This document shows, in pieces, positions 45,332-54,462 of a stretch of 64,000 nucleotides of DNA. Within the stretch, counting starts at the first letter, position 1; every line of letters begins with the position of its first letter. The DNA is taken from NCBI GenBank assembly GCA_052246995.1, contig JBQPWD010000004.1:115945-179944 (forward strand). Reading direction: 5' to 3'. The DNA comes from Candidatus Bathyarchaeota archaeon (GTDB taxonomy: Archaea > Thermoproteota > Bathyarchaeia > Hecatellales > Hecatellaceae). A model generated the notes under the pieces. It saw only the letters and a list, made by a program, of their open reading frames with translations. It was not told the DNA's origin and ran no database searches. Made by a program: the position numbers and the translations under genes.

Positions 45332-45345
45332 AAATGCCTCACCTC

Positions 45346-45705
45346 TTACGCTATAACCTTGACATGAGAACCTTTAGGGTTAGATTCAACAAGTTCCCTA
45401 ATAGTTAAACATTTACCTCCAACACTTTCAATTTTTTCCTTAGCTTTTCTTGAAAAAGCATAAGCTGCAACAGTAACTGGATGGTCAAGTAAACCTGAGC
45501 TTAAAGTTTTTCCAGGAACAACCACAACATCATCCTTTTCAGTATACCTATTTATCCTACTTAGGTTAATAGAAACTCTTCTTCTTTTAGCTTTTTCAAG
45601 CAACTCTGCCACGCTTAACCAGACTTTAGCGTTATTTTCTTTAGCTTTTTTTCTTAAAAACTTTACAAGATTTCTTCTTTCAATGTTTTGAGGTGGAAGC
45701 TTCAA
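45346..45705 (-). CDS. rpl18e: ribosomal protein eL18 (L18e)
   Basis: 119 aa. 'RRRVSINLSRINRY' and 'VVVPGKTLSSG'. Confidence 0.85.
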   Translation of the reverse strand: MKLPPQNIERRNLVKFLRKKAKENNAKVWLSVAELLEKAKRRRVSINLSRINRYTEKDDVVVVPGKTLSSGLLDHPVTVAAYAFSRKAKEKIESVGGKCLTIRELVESNPKGSHVKVIA

Positions 45706-45711
45706 CTAAAC

Positions 45712-46524
45712 CTACCTTAAACTTTTTAACTGCCTTGATAATTCTACAGCCTTATTTTTAAGAATTTCTCCAGCCTTAAGAAGAATTTCCTTTACAGGTA
45801 AACATCCAGTAGATTCAACAGTAAATATAAATTCATCCTCTTTCCAAGTAACTTCCAACGCTGAGGGTTGTTTAGGGCAGACTTTAACACATTCACAGCA
45901 AAGATTACATAAAAGTAAGTTTAAAACTTTAAGTTTACCATCTTCAAGCCCTAAAACATTTTTTGGGCATGCTTCAACACAAACCCCACAACCATCACAT
46001 TTAGCCGAGTTGATATTTATAACTGGCATGTGTTTGTATGCACAAACAGAAACAGGTTGCCATTTTGCATGATACTTACCTAGGCCAAGCCTAGCATACA
46101 CCTCAAGTTTAAGCTTTTGTCCTACTTCAAGTTTAACTATTGGAATTTTATCCGAAACAGGATGAATACTAGGATCTTCAAACTTTAAATCTCCAGAGTA
46201 AACTGTAACACTTGAACCTGAAGCTTCTACATTAATAGAACCTACAACCCTACATTTCATACAGCCCATTTCACTTTTACATTTACACTCCTCAGGTAAA
46301 ACATATGTTTGTAGGTCCGTTTTTAGCGGCACAAGTCCAAGTCTATGAGCAATCATTTCATCAGTTAATACAGATGAATTCTCATAAAAGAAGACATCAT
46401 CTATAGCCATACATGGAAGTTCGCTAATCATTATACGTCTAAGTGCATTTGCAAATGCTGTAGAGCATCCTGACAAAATAAACCTTACACTATTTTCCGT
46501 TAACTCTAAAATTTTAACCTTCAT
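45712..46524 (-). CDS. rpoD: DNA-directed RNA polymerase subunit D (Rpo3) with ferredoxin-like insert
   Basis: 'FANALRRIMISELP', 'DEMIAHRLGLVPL', and two CxxCxxCxxxCP motifs. Likely starts at the MKVKILE Met. Confidence 0.9.
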   Translation of the reverse strand: MKVKILELTENSVRFILSGCSTAFANALRRIMISELPCMAIDDVFFYENSSVLTDEMIAHRLGLVPLKTDLQTYVLPEECKCKSEMGCMKCRVVGSINVEASGSSVTVYSGDLKFEDPSIHPVSDKIPIVKLEVGQKLKLEVYARLGLGKYHAKWQPVSVCAYKHMPVININSAKCDGCGVCVEACPKNVLGLEDGKLKVLNLLLCNLCCECVKVCPKQPSALEVTWKEDEFIFTVESTGCLPVKEILLKAGEILKNKAVELSRQLKSLR

Positions 46525-46593
46525 TATCCCAAACCTAAAAAGCATCTTTAAAAATGATTTCCAAAGATTAAAAAGTTTTTCTTCTATTATTCA

Positions 46594-47538
46594 CTATAAA
46601 CGTACAAGTTTTCTTATCAAATTCTGGGTTTCTTCTGGATGTTTAACGGTGTTGATGAGGTGAACGTTAACTCTTTTAAAAAGTTCATAAAAGAAGCTGT
46701 TACGAAGTTTACGTTTAAAGTCATTTTTTACAAGTAAATGTGGGTTAAAATAGTTTTGAGATTCAACATAGTTTAAAGCTTCCTCTAAACCTAAAACCCT
46801 ATGAATACTATTGTCTAAGGTGTCACGCTTAAGAATAAAAATATCTTTTAAGGTTGTAACAGGGATAATTCGACCCTTACCAATAACCCATCTAAGGTCC
46901 ACTATTGCTCTACCTTGATTATCAAGCTCTGCTTTTTCTACAAGGTCTTTAAACTCGCCCCAGGTTTTTGCTAAATCAGCTCTAATGTAAAAGTTTTTTT
47001 CTGAACTGTAGGCTAAAGCATCCTTACCAAATATTCTTACAAAAAACCAGTCATCCGAGACAACACGTACATCCCCAACTCTTAGTAAACCATAAGCATG
47101 CGTAGTTTTCCCCGATCCGCTTGTGCCCATAAAACAGAGACCTCGACCATCATAATCCAAGCAGGCACCATGAACAGAGTAAATATCATGTTCATCTTCA
47201 AGAACGTCACCAGCCACACTTAAAGCTATGGATTTAATCCAACCGTAATATTCAAAGTTTATCAGAAAAGCTGTTTTAGATTGAGGGTCATAGTAAACTT
47301 CAGTAGGCTTACTTTTATCTTCAGTAACAATTAAACGTCCATGAGAACGAATGTTTGCAGACATTGCATAAAAGTTTTCCTCCCACCTTTCCTTAACTTT
47401 TCTATCGTTTGTTAAAAGCTTAATACAACACCCATAGATATCAGATTTAACCTCGTACAGGAAACTTCTACCGTATCTATCCATCAACTTTTCCTTGTCT
47501 TCAATACTTATAAGTTGTATAGGATAAGCTTGAGACAT
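46594..47538 (-). CDS. HPr-kinase/PEPCK-like P-loop protein, function unknown
   Basis: 314 aa. 'SVHGACLDYDGRGLCFMGTSGSGKTTHAYGLLRVGDVRVVSDDWF' follows the HprK C-domain pattern HG..(G.G)..G.SG.GK[ST]...L...G..L[IV].DD. Confidence 0.55.
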   Translation of the reverse strand: MSQAYPIQLISIEDKEKLMDRYGRSFLYEVKSDIYGCCIKLLTNDRKVKERWEENFYAMSANIRSHGRLIVTEDKSKPTEVYYDPQSKTAFLINFEYYGWIKSIALSVAGDVLEDEHDIYSVHGACLDYDGRGLCFMGTSGSGKTTHAYGLLRVGDVRVVSDDWFFVRIFGKDALAYSSEKNFYIRADLAKTWGEFKDLVEKAELDNQGRAIVDLRWVIGKGRIIPVTTLKDIFILKRDTLDNSIHRVLGLEEALNYVESQNYFNPHLLVKNDFKRKLRNSFFYELFKRVNVHLINTVKHPEETQNLIRKLVRL

Positions 47539-47581
47539 AAAAACACCAGTTCCAGCTTTAGAAGGTGGAGTTGAAAGTTAA

Positions 47582-47989
47582 CTAAACTCTACGTCCCCTA
47601 CGACCACCAGGTCTTCGGGTAGTATCATGGGGAATTGGGGTAACATCTTCAATCTTACCAATCTTTAAACCTGACCTTGCAAGAGCTCTAATGGCAGGTT
47701 GAGCTCCTGGGCCAGGTGTTTTATGAAAATGTCCTCCTGGAGCCCTAACCTTAATATGTACACCAACAATACCCTTATCTTTTGCTATCTGTGCAGCTTT
47801 TGATGCAGCTTGCATTGCCGCATAGGGGGATGATTCAAGCCTATCAGCTTTAACAACCTGTCCACCTGAAGAAAGTGCTATTGTTTCAGCTCCGGATAGG
47901 TCTGTTATATGAACTATCGTATTGTTAAATGAACTGTAGATATGAGCTACCCCCCATTTTTCAAGTTTTGAGCTACCACCACTACTCAA
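47582..47989 (-). CDS. rps11: ribosomal protein uS11
   Basis: 135 aa. '[18 protein letters not shown]' and '[19 protein letters not shown]'. Confidence 0.9.
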   Translation of the reverse strand: MSSGGSSKLEKWGVAHIYSSFNNTIVHITDLSGAETIALSSGGQVVKADRLESSPYAAMQAASKAAQIAKDKGIVGVHIKVRAPGGHFHKTPGPGAQPAIRALARSGLKIGKIEDVTPIPHDTTRRPGGRRGRRV

Positions 47990-48007
47990 AATAATATTTC
48001 ACCTCTA

Positions 48008-48538
48008 TTAGCTTCCTGCAGAAGTTAAGAGTAGTCGTAATGGATGATTACTATCATTTAAAGGACTGTCAAGACTGTAAGATATTTGCGATTCCTCACC
48101 ACGCTGAACAAGGTAGCCTGGTGAAGTCATTCTTCTACCTCCAACTGATATATGTCCATGTGTTATAAGCTGCCTTGCTTGAGTGGGAGTTTTTGCTAAA
48201 CCAAGCCGGTAGACAAATGTTTGAAGTCTACGCTCAAGTATATCTTCAACCTTTAAATCTAAAATATCAAGACACGTTGCCTCCTTTTCAACCAAACCAA
48301 GTCTGTAAAGCTTTGAAACAAGTTCAGATTCAAGTTTTACTCTTTCTTCCAGAGGTTTGCCTACAAGGTTTCGGGCAAGATGCCTATACTTACTTAACAT
48401 TGTTTTTGCCATCCAAAGCTCCCTCTTATTTCTTAGCCCATAAAGACCAATAAGTTTAAGCTCTTCAGCTAAGACATCAACCTGCCATGGATGCCTAGGT
48501 GTTTTATACTTTTTTCTCTGCCTTTTAGGGTCACCCAA
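48008..48538 (-). CDS. rps4: ribosomal protein uS4
   Basis: 'GDPKRQRKKYKTPRHPW'. The TTG at 48538 sits 7 nt after GGAGGT and gives the family-typical MGDPKR N-terminus. The track ORF starts at 48553. Confidence 0.9.
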   Translation of the reverse strand: MGDPKRQRKKYKTPRHPWQVDVLAEELKLIGLYGLRNKRELWMAKTMLSKYRHLARNLVGKPLEERVKLESELVSKLYRLGLVEKEATCLDILDLKVEDILERRLQTFVYRLGLAKTPTQARQLITHGHISVGGRRMTSPGYLVQRGEESQISYSLDSPLNDSNHPLRLLLTSAGS

Positions 48539-48561
48539 GTTTTTAACCTCCAATCTTTATT

Positions 48562-49017
48562 TTATGCTGTTCTTTTTCTACGCACACCAACGGTTGTTCC
48601 CTTTCTTCCAGTTGTTCTTGTTCTTTGACCCCTAACCTTTAAACCTAAACTATGACGTATACCACGCCAACATTTAATAGATTTTAAGAAATCTATATCC
48701 ATCTTCCACCTTATAGCTAGGTCTGAGCCATGTAAGTGCCTATTCAAACCTGTTTCAAAGTCTTTTTGACGGTTAAAAAGGAAGCTAGGTATTCCAAGTT
48801 TTTCAGGCTTATTAACAGCTTCTTCAATTTTTTTAACATCATCATCTGTAAGTAAGCCAACTCTCATATTTGGGTCGAAACCTAAAGCTTTAGCAATAAT
48901 GTAGGCAAAATTTATTCCAACACCGGCAATCTTAGCTAACCCATACATAATCTTTTTTGACCCGTCAATATCAGTTCCGCAAATACGAACTATATGCCTG
49001 AAGCCCTCTGAAGCCAT
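48562..49017 (-). CDS. rps13: ribosomal protein uS13
   Basis: 'FRHIVRICGTDIDG' and 'RGQRTRTTGR'. Likely starts at the MASEGF Met. Confidence 0.9.
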   Translation of the reverse strand: MASEGFRHIVRICGTDIDGSKKIMYGLAKIAGVGINFAYIIAKALGFDPNMRVGLLTDDDVKKIEEAVNKPEKLGIPSFLFNRQKDFETGLNRHLHGSDLAIRWKMDIDFLKSIKCWRGIRHSLGLKVRGQRTRTTGRKGTTVGVRRKRTA

Positions 49018-49245
49018 AAACCCTAAGCCACCAGTAAAATCTGAAAAAACTCGCAATATTTTAAACTTTTCCCTTTTGGCTTGATTACTAATGTGAAAGT
49101 GTTATAACACAAACATCAACAAATGAATATTTATGATAAAAAATACCCTAGCGTTAAACTTTTAAACATTCCAATGCCCATTAATTAAAGTAAAGTATTG
49201 TAGACGTACATAACTGTGGTTTAGAACTTTTTAGGTTAAAAGGGG

Positions 49246-50112
49246 TTGAGGTGTAATGACCCGCCAATTTTAAAAATTGGTAGGAAAGTTAAGGTTGCAT
49301 ACCTTGGACCAAAGGGTACATTCAGTGAAATAGCAGCTAAACACTACTTTTCAAATGTAAGTAGTGCAGAATATATTGAAGTTCAAACAATACCTGATGT
49401 TTTTAGGCTTGTTGAAGATGGTAAGGTAAATTATGGTGTTGTCCCAGCTGAAAATTCCATTGAAGGGTCAGTAAATATAACTTTAGATATGCTCTATAGT
49501 TCATCAAAAGCTAAAATTACAGGAGAAGTCATAGAAAACATTCAACATAACCTTATAGCCAAGTCAAGGATAAAAATAAAAAATTTGAAGGTCATTCTGT
49601 CTCATCCACATGCCTTAGCTCAATGTAGAAGGTTCATAGCTAAAAATTTTCCAAACGTCAAACTTTTAGAGGTTGAAAGTACCGCTCAAGCTGTTAAAAA
49701 GCTTAAAAACATAAGTAATGCTGCAGCAATAGCTTCAGAGTATGCTGCAAAAATCTACGGAATGAAAGTTGTGGCTAGAAACATAGGAGATTACACTGTC
49801 AACTATACAAGGTTTCTTGTTTTGAGCAGGAAAGATAGCAAACCTACGGGAAGGGATAAAACATTTTTAATCTTCTCGTTAAAAGATAAACCTGGCGCAT
49901 TATTTAACTTTCTAAAGCCGTTTGCAAACAGGGGTATAAACTTAACAAAAATAGAGTCAAGACCATCCAAAGTTAAACCTTGGGAATATATTTTCTTTAT
50001 GGAGCTTGAGGGACATAGAAAAAATAAAAAATGTATAGAAGCTTTAAGAGAAGCTAAAGATTTATGCGAAAACCTAAAAATTTTAGGTTCGTATCCGGCT
50101 TTTAAAAATTAA
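49246..50112 (+). CDS. pheA: prephenate dehydratase (PDT + ACT domains)
   Basis: 'VAYLGPKGTFSE', 'NYTRFLVL', 'DKPGALF' and 'ESRPS'. TTG start. Confidence 0.85.
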   Translation: MRCNDPPILKIGRKVKVAYLGPKGTFSEIAAKHYFSNVSSAEYIEVQTIPDVFRLVEDGKVNYGVVPAENSIEGSVNITLDMLYSSSKAKITGEVIENIQHNLIAKSRIKIKNLKVILSHPHALAQCRRFIAKNFPNVKLLEVESTAQAVKKLKNISNAAAIASEYAAKIYGMKVVARNIGDYTVNYTRFLVLSRKDSKPTGRDKTFLIFSLKDKPGALFNFLKPFANRGINLTKIESRPSKVKPWEYIFFMELEGHRKNKKCIEALREAKDLCENLKILGSYPAFKN

Positions 50113-50999
50113 CCTATAAAACTTAAAACTTCATAAACTTTCTTATACGCATCCTTAAATTTTGAATCTTTTAAAACGTAACTTTTAGATTTATTGAAGA
50201 TTTTAAGAAAAGCTTTTTCATCACCTTTTAAAAGAATGTTTTTAAATTTTTCAATGTTTTCTGCCAGCATCTTAACTATAGCTAGGGAAAACTTATTATT
50301 AAGCTGGATAGATGCGTACAAACTTGGATCCTCAGCTAAAACTGCTTCAGCAAGAGTTAATTGAAGGTTAAAGGTTGTTCCACCGAACACTTTAACTCTA
50401 TTTATGTTAATATTTGAAGAGACCAGCGTTCTAGCAAAAAGAATGTTTAAGACATGTGGTAGGCTTAAAGTGTAAGCCATAAGCCTATCATGAGTTTCAG
50501 CATTTTTAACAAAGACAATGTTCGCACCTTCCTCGTGGAAGGGTTTTAAAATAAAGTTTAGAACATCTCTCCGCCTGGTAACAGGAATTACCAAAATATT
50601 TTTTCCTTGAAGGTTGTTAGCACCAGGGCCAAACATTGGATGAAGACTTAAAGTGTGCATACCAAGTTTTTGGGCTTTTTTAAGCATAGGTAAAACTTCC
50701 TGTTTAACCGACGCCACATCAAAAATTATTGTCCCCCTTTTCACGTAGTTTACAACTTCCTCAATAATTGTTGGTGTAGCTTTTATTGGAACTGAAACCA
50801 TAACAACGTCAGCAAAACTTCTAACAGTATTTAGGGATGAGGTAAAATTTACATCAAGCTCTTCTGCAACTTTCATAGTTTTCTCTTTACTTCTTCCGAA
50901 AATTGTAACGTTAAAACCTTTATTCTTAAAAAATTTGGCAAACCATTTACCCATCTTACCTGTACCACCAACAATCAAAATTTTTTTATTAAATTCCAC
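50109..50999 (-). CDS. tyrA: prephenate dehydrogenase
   Basis: 296 aa. 'ILIVGGTGKMGKWF', 'SLHPMFGP' and 'HDRLMAYTLSLPH'. Confidence 0.8.
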   Translation of the reverse strand: MEFNKKILIVGGTGKMGKWFAKFFKNKGFNVTIFGRSKEKTMKVAEELDVNFTSSLNTVRSFADVVMVSVPIKATPTIIEEVVNYVKRGTIIFDVASVKQEVLPMLKKAQKLGMHTLSLHPMFGPGANNLQGKNILVIPVTRRRDVLNFILKPFHEEGANIVFVKNAETHDRLMAYTLSLPHVLNILFARTLVSSNININRVKVFGGTTFNLQLTLAEAVLAEDPSLYASIQLNNKFSLAIVKMLAENIEKFKNILLKGDEKAFLKIFNKSKSYVLKDSKFKDAYKKVYEVLSFIG

Positions 51000-51297
51000 C
51001 TAAATCACCTATTTTTCTTTCCAAATCTCATAAACTAAAAGTTTTAAATTTTTTCTGTAAAATCGTTAACAGCATGAAGGTTTAACTTTAAACTTGTTAT
51101 ACTATCAACAACTAGAAAAACGCTATGTTGTAAACGCACTTAAAATTAAAGTTAAATTTATCGACAAGTAATTTTTAATTTCATTGTAAATTTGGGCAAC
51201 TACACAAACTCTTTTACTGCTCTCATAAATCTTATCCTTCAACCCTTAACCCAGGAAATAAAAAAATAAAAATAATAAAAATCTGAACTTAACAGGT

Positions 51298-52494
51298 CTA
51301 GAAGTATTTTGCTATTTCTCTTCCAAACATTATACGTGTAATGGCGTTTTTTTGTATTTCTTTTGTTCCTTCAACAAGCTCAAGCATTTTTGCAAACTTG
51401 TACCATCTTGAGGTGTCTTCTTCTGAGAAGTATCCTAACCCCCCTAGGACGTCTACTGCTAGGTCGCATGCTTCAACAGCCAGTCTTCCACAGTACCATT
51501 TACACATGGATGCTATTTTTACAGACTCCTCCATGAGTGCAGGTTCTTTTCTTGCTTTTTCTGTAAGCCATGCCCCTTTAAAGCATAGTGCTTTGGCTGC
51601 TTCAACCTTTGTTGCCATTTCTACCATTCTAAAAGTTAAACCTTGAAATGCTGCAATCTTTCTTCCAAAAGCCTCCCTTTCCTTGGAGTATGTTATTGCA
51701 CGTTCAAGTGCAGCCTCAGCAGTCGCTATAGCTTGTATTGCAACTGCAAGCCTTGTTGCGTCGAGAAACATTAAACCCAGGTAGAATCCTCTGTTAAGGT
51801 TTACAGGTCCACCAACAATTTCGTTGTCTGTTACACGAACATCGCTAAATGAAACTTCACCTGTTGGTGAAACATGCCATCCAAGCTTTCCTGTAAGGGG
51901 TGTTGTATCAACACCTGGACCCCTTTCTATGATAAACTCTGTCTGACCACGGTATGGTGGTTGGGCAGCCATGTTTGTTTGCACCAATGTTACAAAAATT
52001 GTTGCTGTTGTTGCATTTGTTATAAAAGTTTTTGTTCCGTTAATAATCCAGTATTCACCCTGTTTAACAGCTTTAGTATCTAAAACCCTTGCAATGTCAC
52101 TTCCACCAGCAGGCTCCGTAAAACATCCTGCAGAGGTAATTTCACCCTTAGCAAGCCTAGGAAGCCACTTAGCCTTCTGCTCATGAGTACCAAAGGAGGC
52201 AATAATGTCAGAACCAAAAGTTCCAGCCATGATTGCTGACGCAATAACAGGTTCAACCTTTACAAGTTCGTATGCAACTATCATACTATCCACAAAGCTT
52301 AAACCTTGCCCACCATACTCCTCAGGCCAGGTCATACCCACATAACCCTGCTGAGCACACTTTCTGTACAAATCCCATGGAAACTCACCCTTCTGCTCAT
52401 ACTCAACAGCCTTCTCCTTAGTAAACTCCTTCAAAGCAAACTCACGAGCAGAAACCTGAAGAAGCTTCTGCTCCTCACTCAACTCAAAATCCAA
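51298..52494 (-). CDS. acyl-CoA dehydrogenase
   Basis: 'DFELSEEQKLLQVSAREFA', 'ITSAGCFTEPAGGSD' and 'GGLGYFSEE'. The TTG at 52494, 9 nt after GGTGAG, gives the typical MDFELSEEQ N-terminus. The track ORF begins at ATG 52584. Confidence 0.85.
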   Translation of the reverse strand: MDFELSEEQKLLQVSAREFALKEFTKEKAVEYEQKGEFPWDLYRKCAQQGYVGMTWPEEYGGQGLSFVDSMIVAYELVKVEPVIASAIMAGTFGSDIIASFGTHEQKAKWLPRLAKGEITSAGCFTEPAGGSDIARVLDTKAVKQGEYWIINGTKTFITNATTATIFVTLVQTNMAAQPPYRGQTEFIIERGPGVDTTPLTGKLGWHVSPTGEVSFSDVRVTDNEIVGGPVNLNRGFYLGLMFLDATRLAVAIQAIATAEAALERAITYSKEREAFGRKIAAFQGLTFRMVEMATKVEAAKALCFKGAWLTEKARKEPALMEESVKIASMCKWYCGRLAVEACDLAVDVLGGLGYFSEEDTSRWYKFAKMLELVEGTKEIQKNAITRIMFGREIAKYF

Positions 52495-52581
52495 AGGCAA
52501 AATCTCACCTACCAAATAAATAAATCCAGAAAAGTGGTATTTATAAATTCCTATGCGAAATTGAGGTGTTAATTTTTTGGT

Positions 52582-52602
52582 CATTTTGACGTTATTCTAT
52601 TT
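52582..52602. repeat. copy A of a 21-nt direct repeat (20/21 identical to 52881-52901)
   Basis: CATTTTGACGTTATTCTATTT, compared with CATTTTGACGTTAATCTATTT in copy B. Confidence 0.85.
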
Positions 52603-52782
52603 TACTTTACACATGACAATCGTTCCAGAACATGTAAAGGCTTGCCAAGAAACCGTTAGGCCATTATACTATTTTACAGACAAGTTGAAGACTGTCGTAT
52701 ATACCTAAAAGTTTGGCAAGGTCTAAAAGTAGTTTTGGATTTTTATTTGTATGTCAATGATAAAATGGTGCCATAAACGTTA

Positions 52783-52873
52783 TGGCGGGCCCGACGGGAA
52801 TTGAACCCGCGACCCCCGGGTTTCTTTGCTTTCTTAAAAGCCCGGTGCTCTATCCTGGCTGAGCTACGGGCCC
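52783..52873 (-). tRNA. tRNA-Lys (UUU) with 13-nt anticodon-loop intron, encoded CCA
   Basis: The reverse complement reads GGGCCCG TA GCTC AGCCAGGATA GAGC A CCGGG CTTTTA[AGAAAGCAAAGAA]A CCCGG GGGTC GCGGG TTCAATT CCCGT CGGGCCC G CCA. Confidence 0.85.
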
Positions 52874-52880
52874 ACCGGTG

Positions 52881-52901
52881 CATTTTGACGTTAATCTATT
52901 T
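52881..52901. repeat. copy B of the 21-nt direct repeat, 8-28 nt upstream of the tRNA-Lys 5' end (probable promoter)
   Basis: See copy A. On the transcribed strand it reads AAATAGATTAACGTCAAAATG. Confidence 0.85.
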
Positions 52902-52924
52902 CTATGGAATTTTAAAAGGTTTAG

Positions 52925-53800
52925 TTAAAGTTTTCCTTCTATTTTTTTCTGTAGGTTGGAGGCTTCTAGTGAAGCTTTAGCTATTAGTAGTGGTAACACT
53001 TCCTTCTCAAAGAGAGATGCATTAATTGCAAGGTTTTTTGCTTCGAGTAATGCTTTTCCTAGCAGGAGTGGCAACGTTTCACGTGTTGGGTAGCCTATGT
53101 TGAGTGAAAGGTTGTAGGCTTTAGTTGCCGCATCTTTAAGTTCATTAAACCATTCTTCAACAGTTTTGCTTAAAATGTCTGCAGTATATATAACACCATT
53201 TTCATATGCAACATCCAGTTTTAAGCATGCTTCAACAGGCTTTATTCCAAGTCTAGAGAGGATGCTTGCAGCTTTATCCGAGATAACTTCACCCTTTCTT
53301 ACAACAACAGTATCTTTGGTAATCCATATGCTTCCAGCTTCAATTTTTGTTGGAATTTTTAAACTGCTAAATTCGCTTATTATTGGACCTGGAGGAATAC
53401 CAGTGTTTCCCTCGTTTACAATTATATCTTTAGGCGCAACCTCCCCAGCCTTAGCCGTAAGATTAACTTTAGATTTTTCAAGCATGATGGAAAGCTTGGA
53501 TGGGTTTAGGTTTGTAAGAACAAGCATGACTGAACCTTTTAAATACTCTTCAAGCTTCTCTATTCCTACTCTTTTTTCTGCAAGCCTCTTTAAAGCAAGT
53601 TTTACAAGGTTTTTTCTTGCAACTCTAAAGGTAACTTGACCTCTAGACCTTCTTCTAAGCTCATTAACTAAGAATGACTGAACTTTGTACATTCTTGCTA
53701 AACCTATAACACTATATTTCTCCATAAGTTTTGTGAGTTCTTCAACCTCCCTTTTTTTCCACTCTGGAACCTTAACCTTTTTTTCAAGCTGTAAACTCAT
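52925..53800 (-). CDS. rpl10: ribosomal stalk protein uL10 (P0), short form
   Basis: 291 aa. 'PEWKKREVEEL', 'VQSFLVNELRR' and 'GNTGIPPGPIISEF'. It ends '...EASNLQKKIEGKL' with no acidic tail. Confidence 0.85.
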   Translation of the reverse strand: MSLQLEKKVKVPEWKKREVEELTKLMEKYSVIGLARMYKVQSFLVNELRRRSRGQVTFRVARKNLVKLALKRLAEKRVGIEKLEEYLKGSVMLVLTNLNPSKLSIMLEKSKVNLTAKAGEVAPKDIIVNEGNTGIPPGPIISEFSSLKIPTKIEAGSIWITKDTVVVRKGEVISDKAASILSRLGIKPVEACLKLDVAYENGVIYTADILSKTVEEWFNELKDAATKAYNLSLNIGYPTRETLPLLLGKALLEAKNLAINASLFEKEVLPLLIAKASLEASNLQKKIEGKL

Positions 53801-54462
53801 CTTCCCTTTCCAACCTCAATTTTTACAGGTTTTCCCATGGTTGTTTTAACAATGAGGCTTGAAACATACTTACTGAGGGAGCCAAATTTCTCCTCAATCC
53901 TTCTTAAAATTGTTAGAATGTTTTCAGCAATCTTTTCACTACCCATATTTTCAACGCCAACCCTACACTGGATAGTTGGCTGGTCTTTAACTCTTATTCT
54001 TACAAGCTTTTTATGTCTATCTAAGACTTCACTTAAAGATGCGCTGGGTGAAACTGGGGTGGGCATTTTACCTCTAGGTCCAAGCATAGAACCCAAAGTT
54101 TTACCAACAAGAGGCATTAAAGGTGCTTCTGCTATAAAAAAGTCGTAGCTTTGGGCAAGCTTTCTAGCCATTTTCTTGTTTTTAGTTAAAGCTTCCAGCT
54201 CTTCACGCTCAACAACCCTATCCACGTTCAGTTTTTTTGCTTCTAAAGCAAATTGTCCTGAACCTATTACGCAAACTTTAACATCCTTGCTAACAGGATT
54301 TGGAAGCTCAACAAGCTCAAGCATCCTATGTTCAGGCTTTTTAGGGTCAATATCTTTAAGGTTAACTATTAAATCTACGGATTGAGTAAAATTTGCTTTC
54401 TTACCGGCATTCTTAGCTTTTTCAACGCACTCAATAAGTCTTTTAAGGTCTACGGAAGACAA
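53797..54462 (-). CDS. rpl1: ribosomal protein uL1
   Basis: 221 aa. 'FTQSVDLIVNLK', 'DFFIAEAPLMPLVGKTLG' and 'GPRGKMP'. It overlaps the P0 start by 4 nt. Confidence 0.9.
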   Translation of the reverse strand: MSSVDLKRLIECVEKAKNAGKKANFTQSVDLIVNLKDIDPKKPEHRMLELVELPNPVSKDVKVCVIGSGQFALEAKKLNVDRVVEREELEALTKNKKMARKLAQSYDFFIAEAPLMPLVGKTLGSMLGPRGKMPTPVSPSASLSEVLDRHKKLVRIRVKDQPTIQCRVGVENMGSEKIAENILTILRRIEEKFGSLSKYVSSLIVKTTMGKPVKIEVGKGR

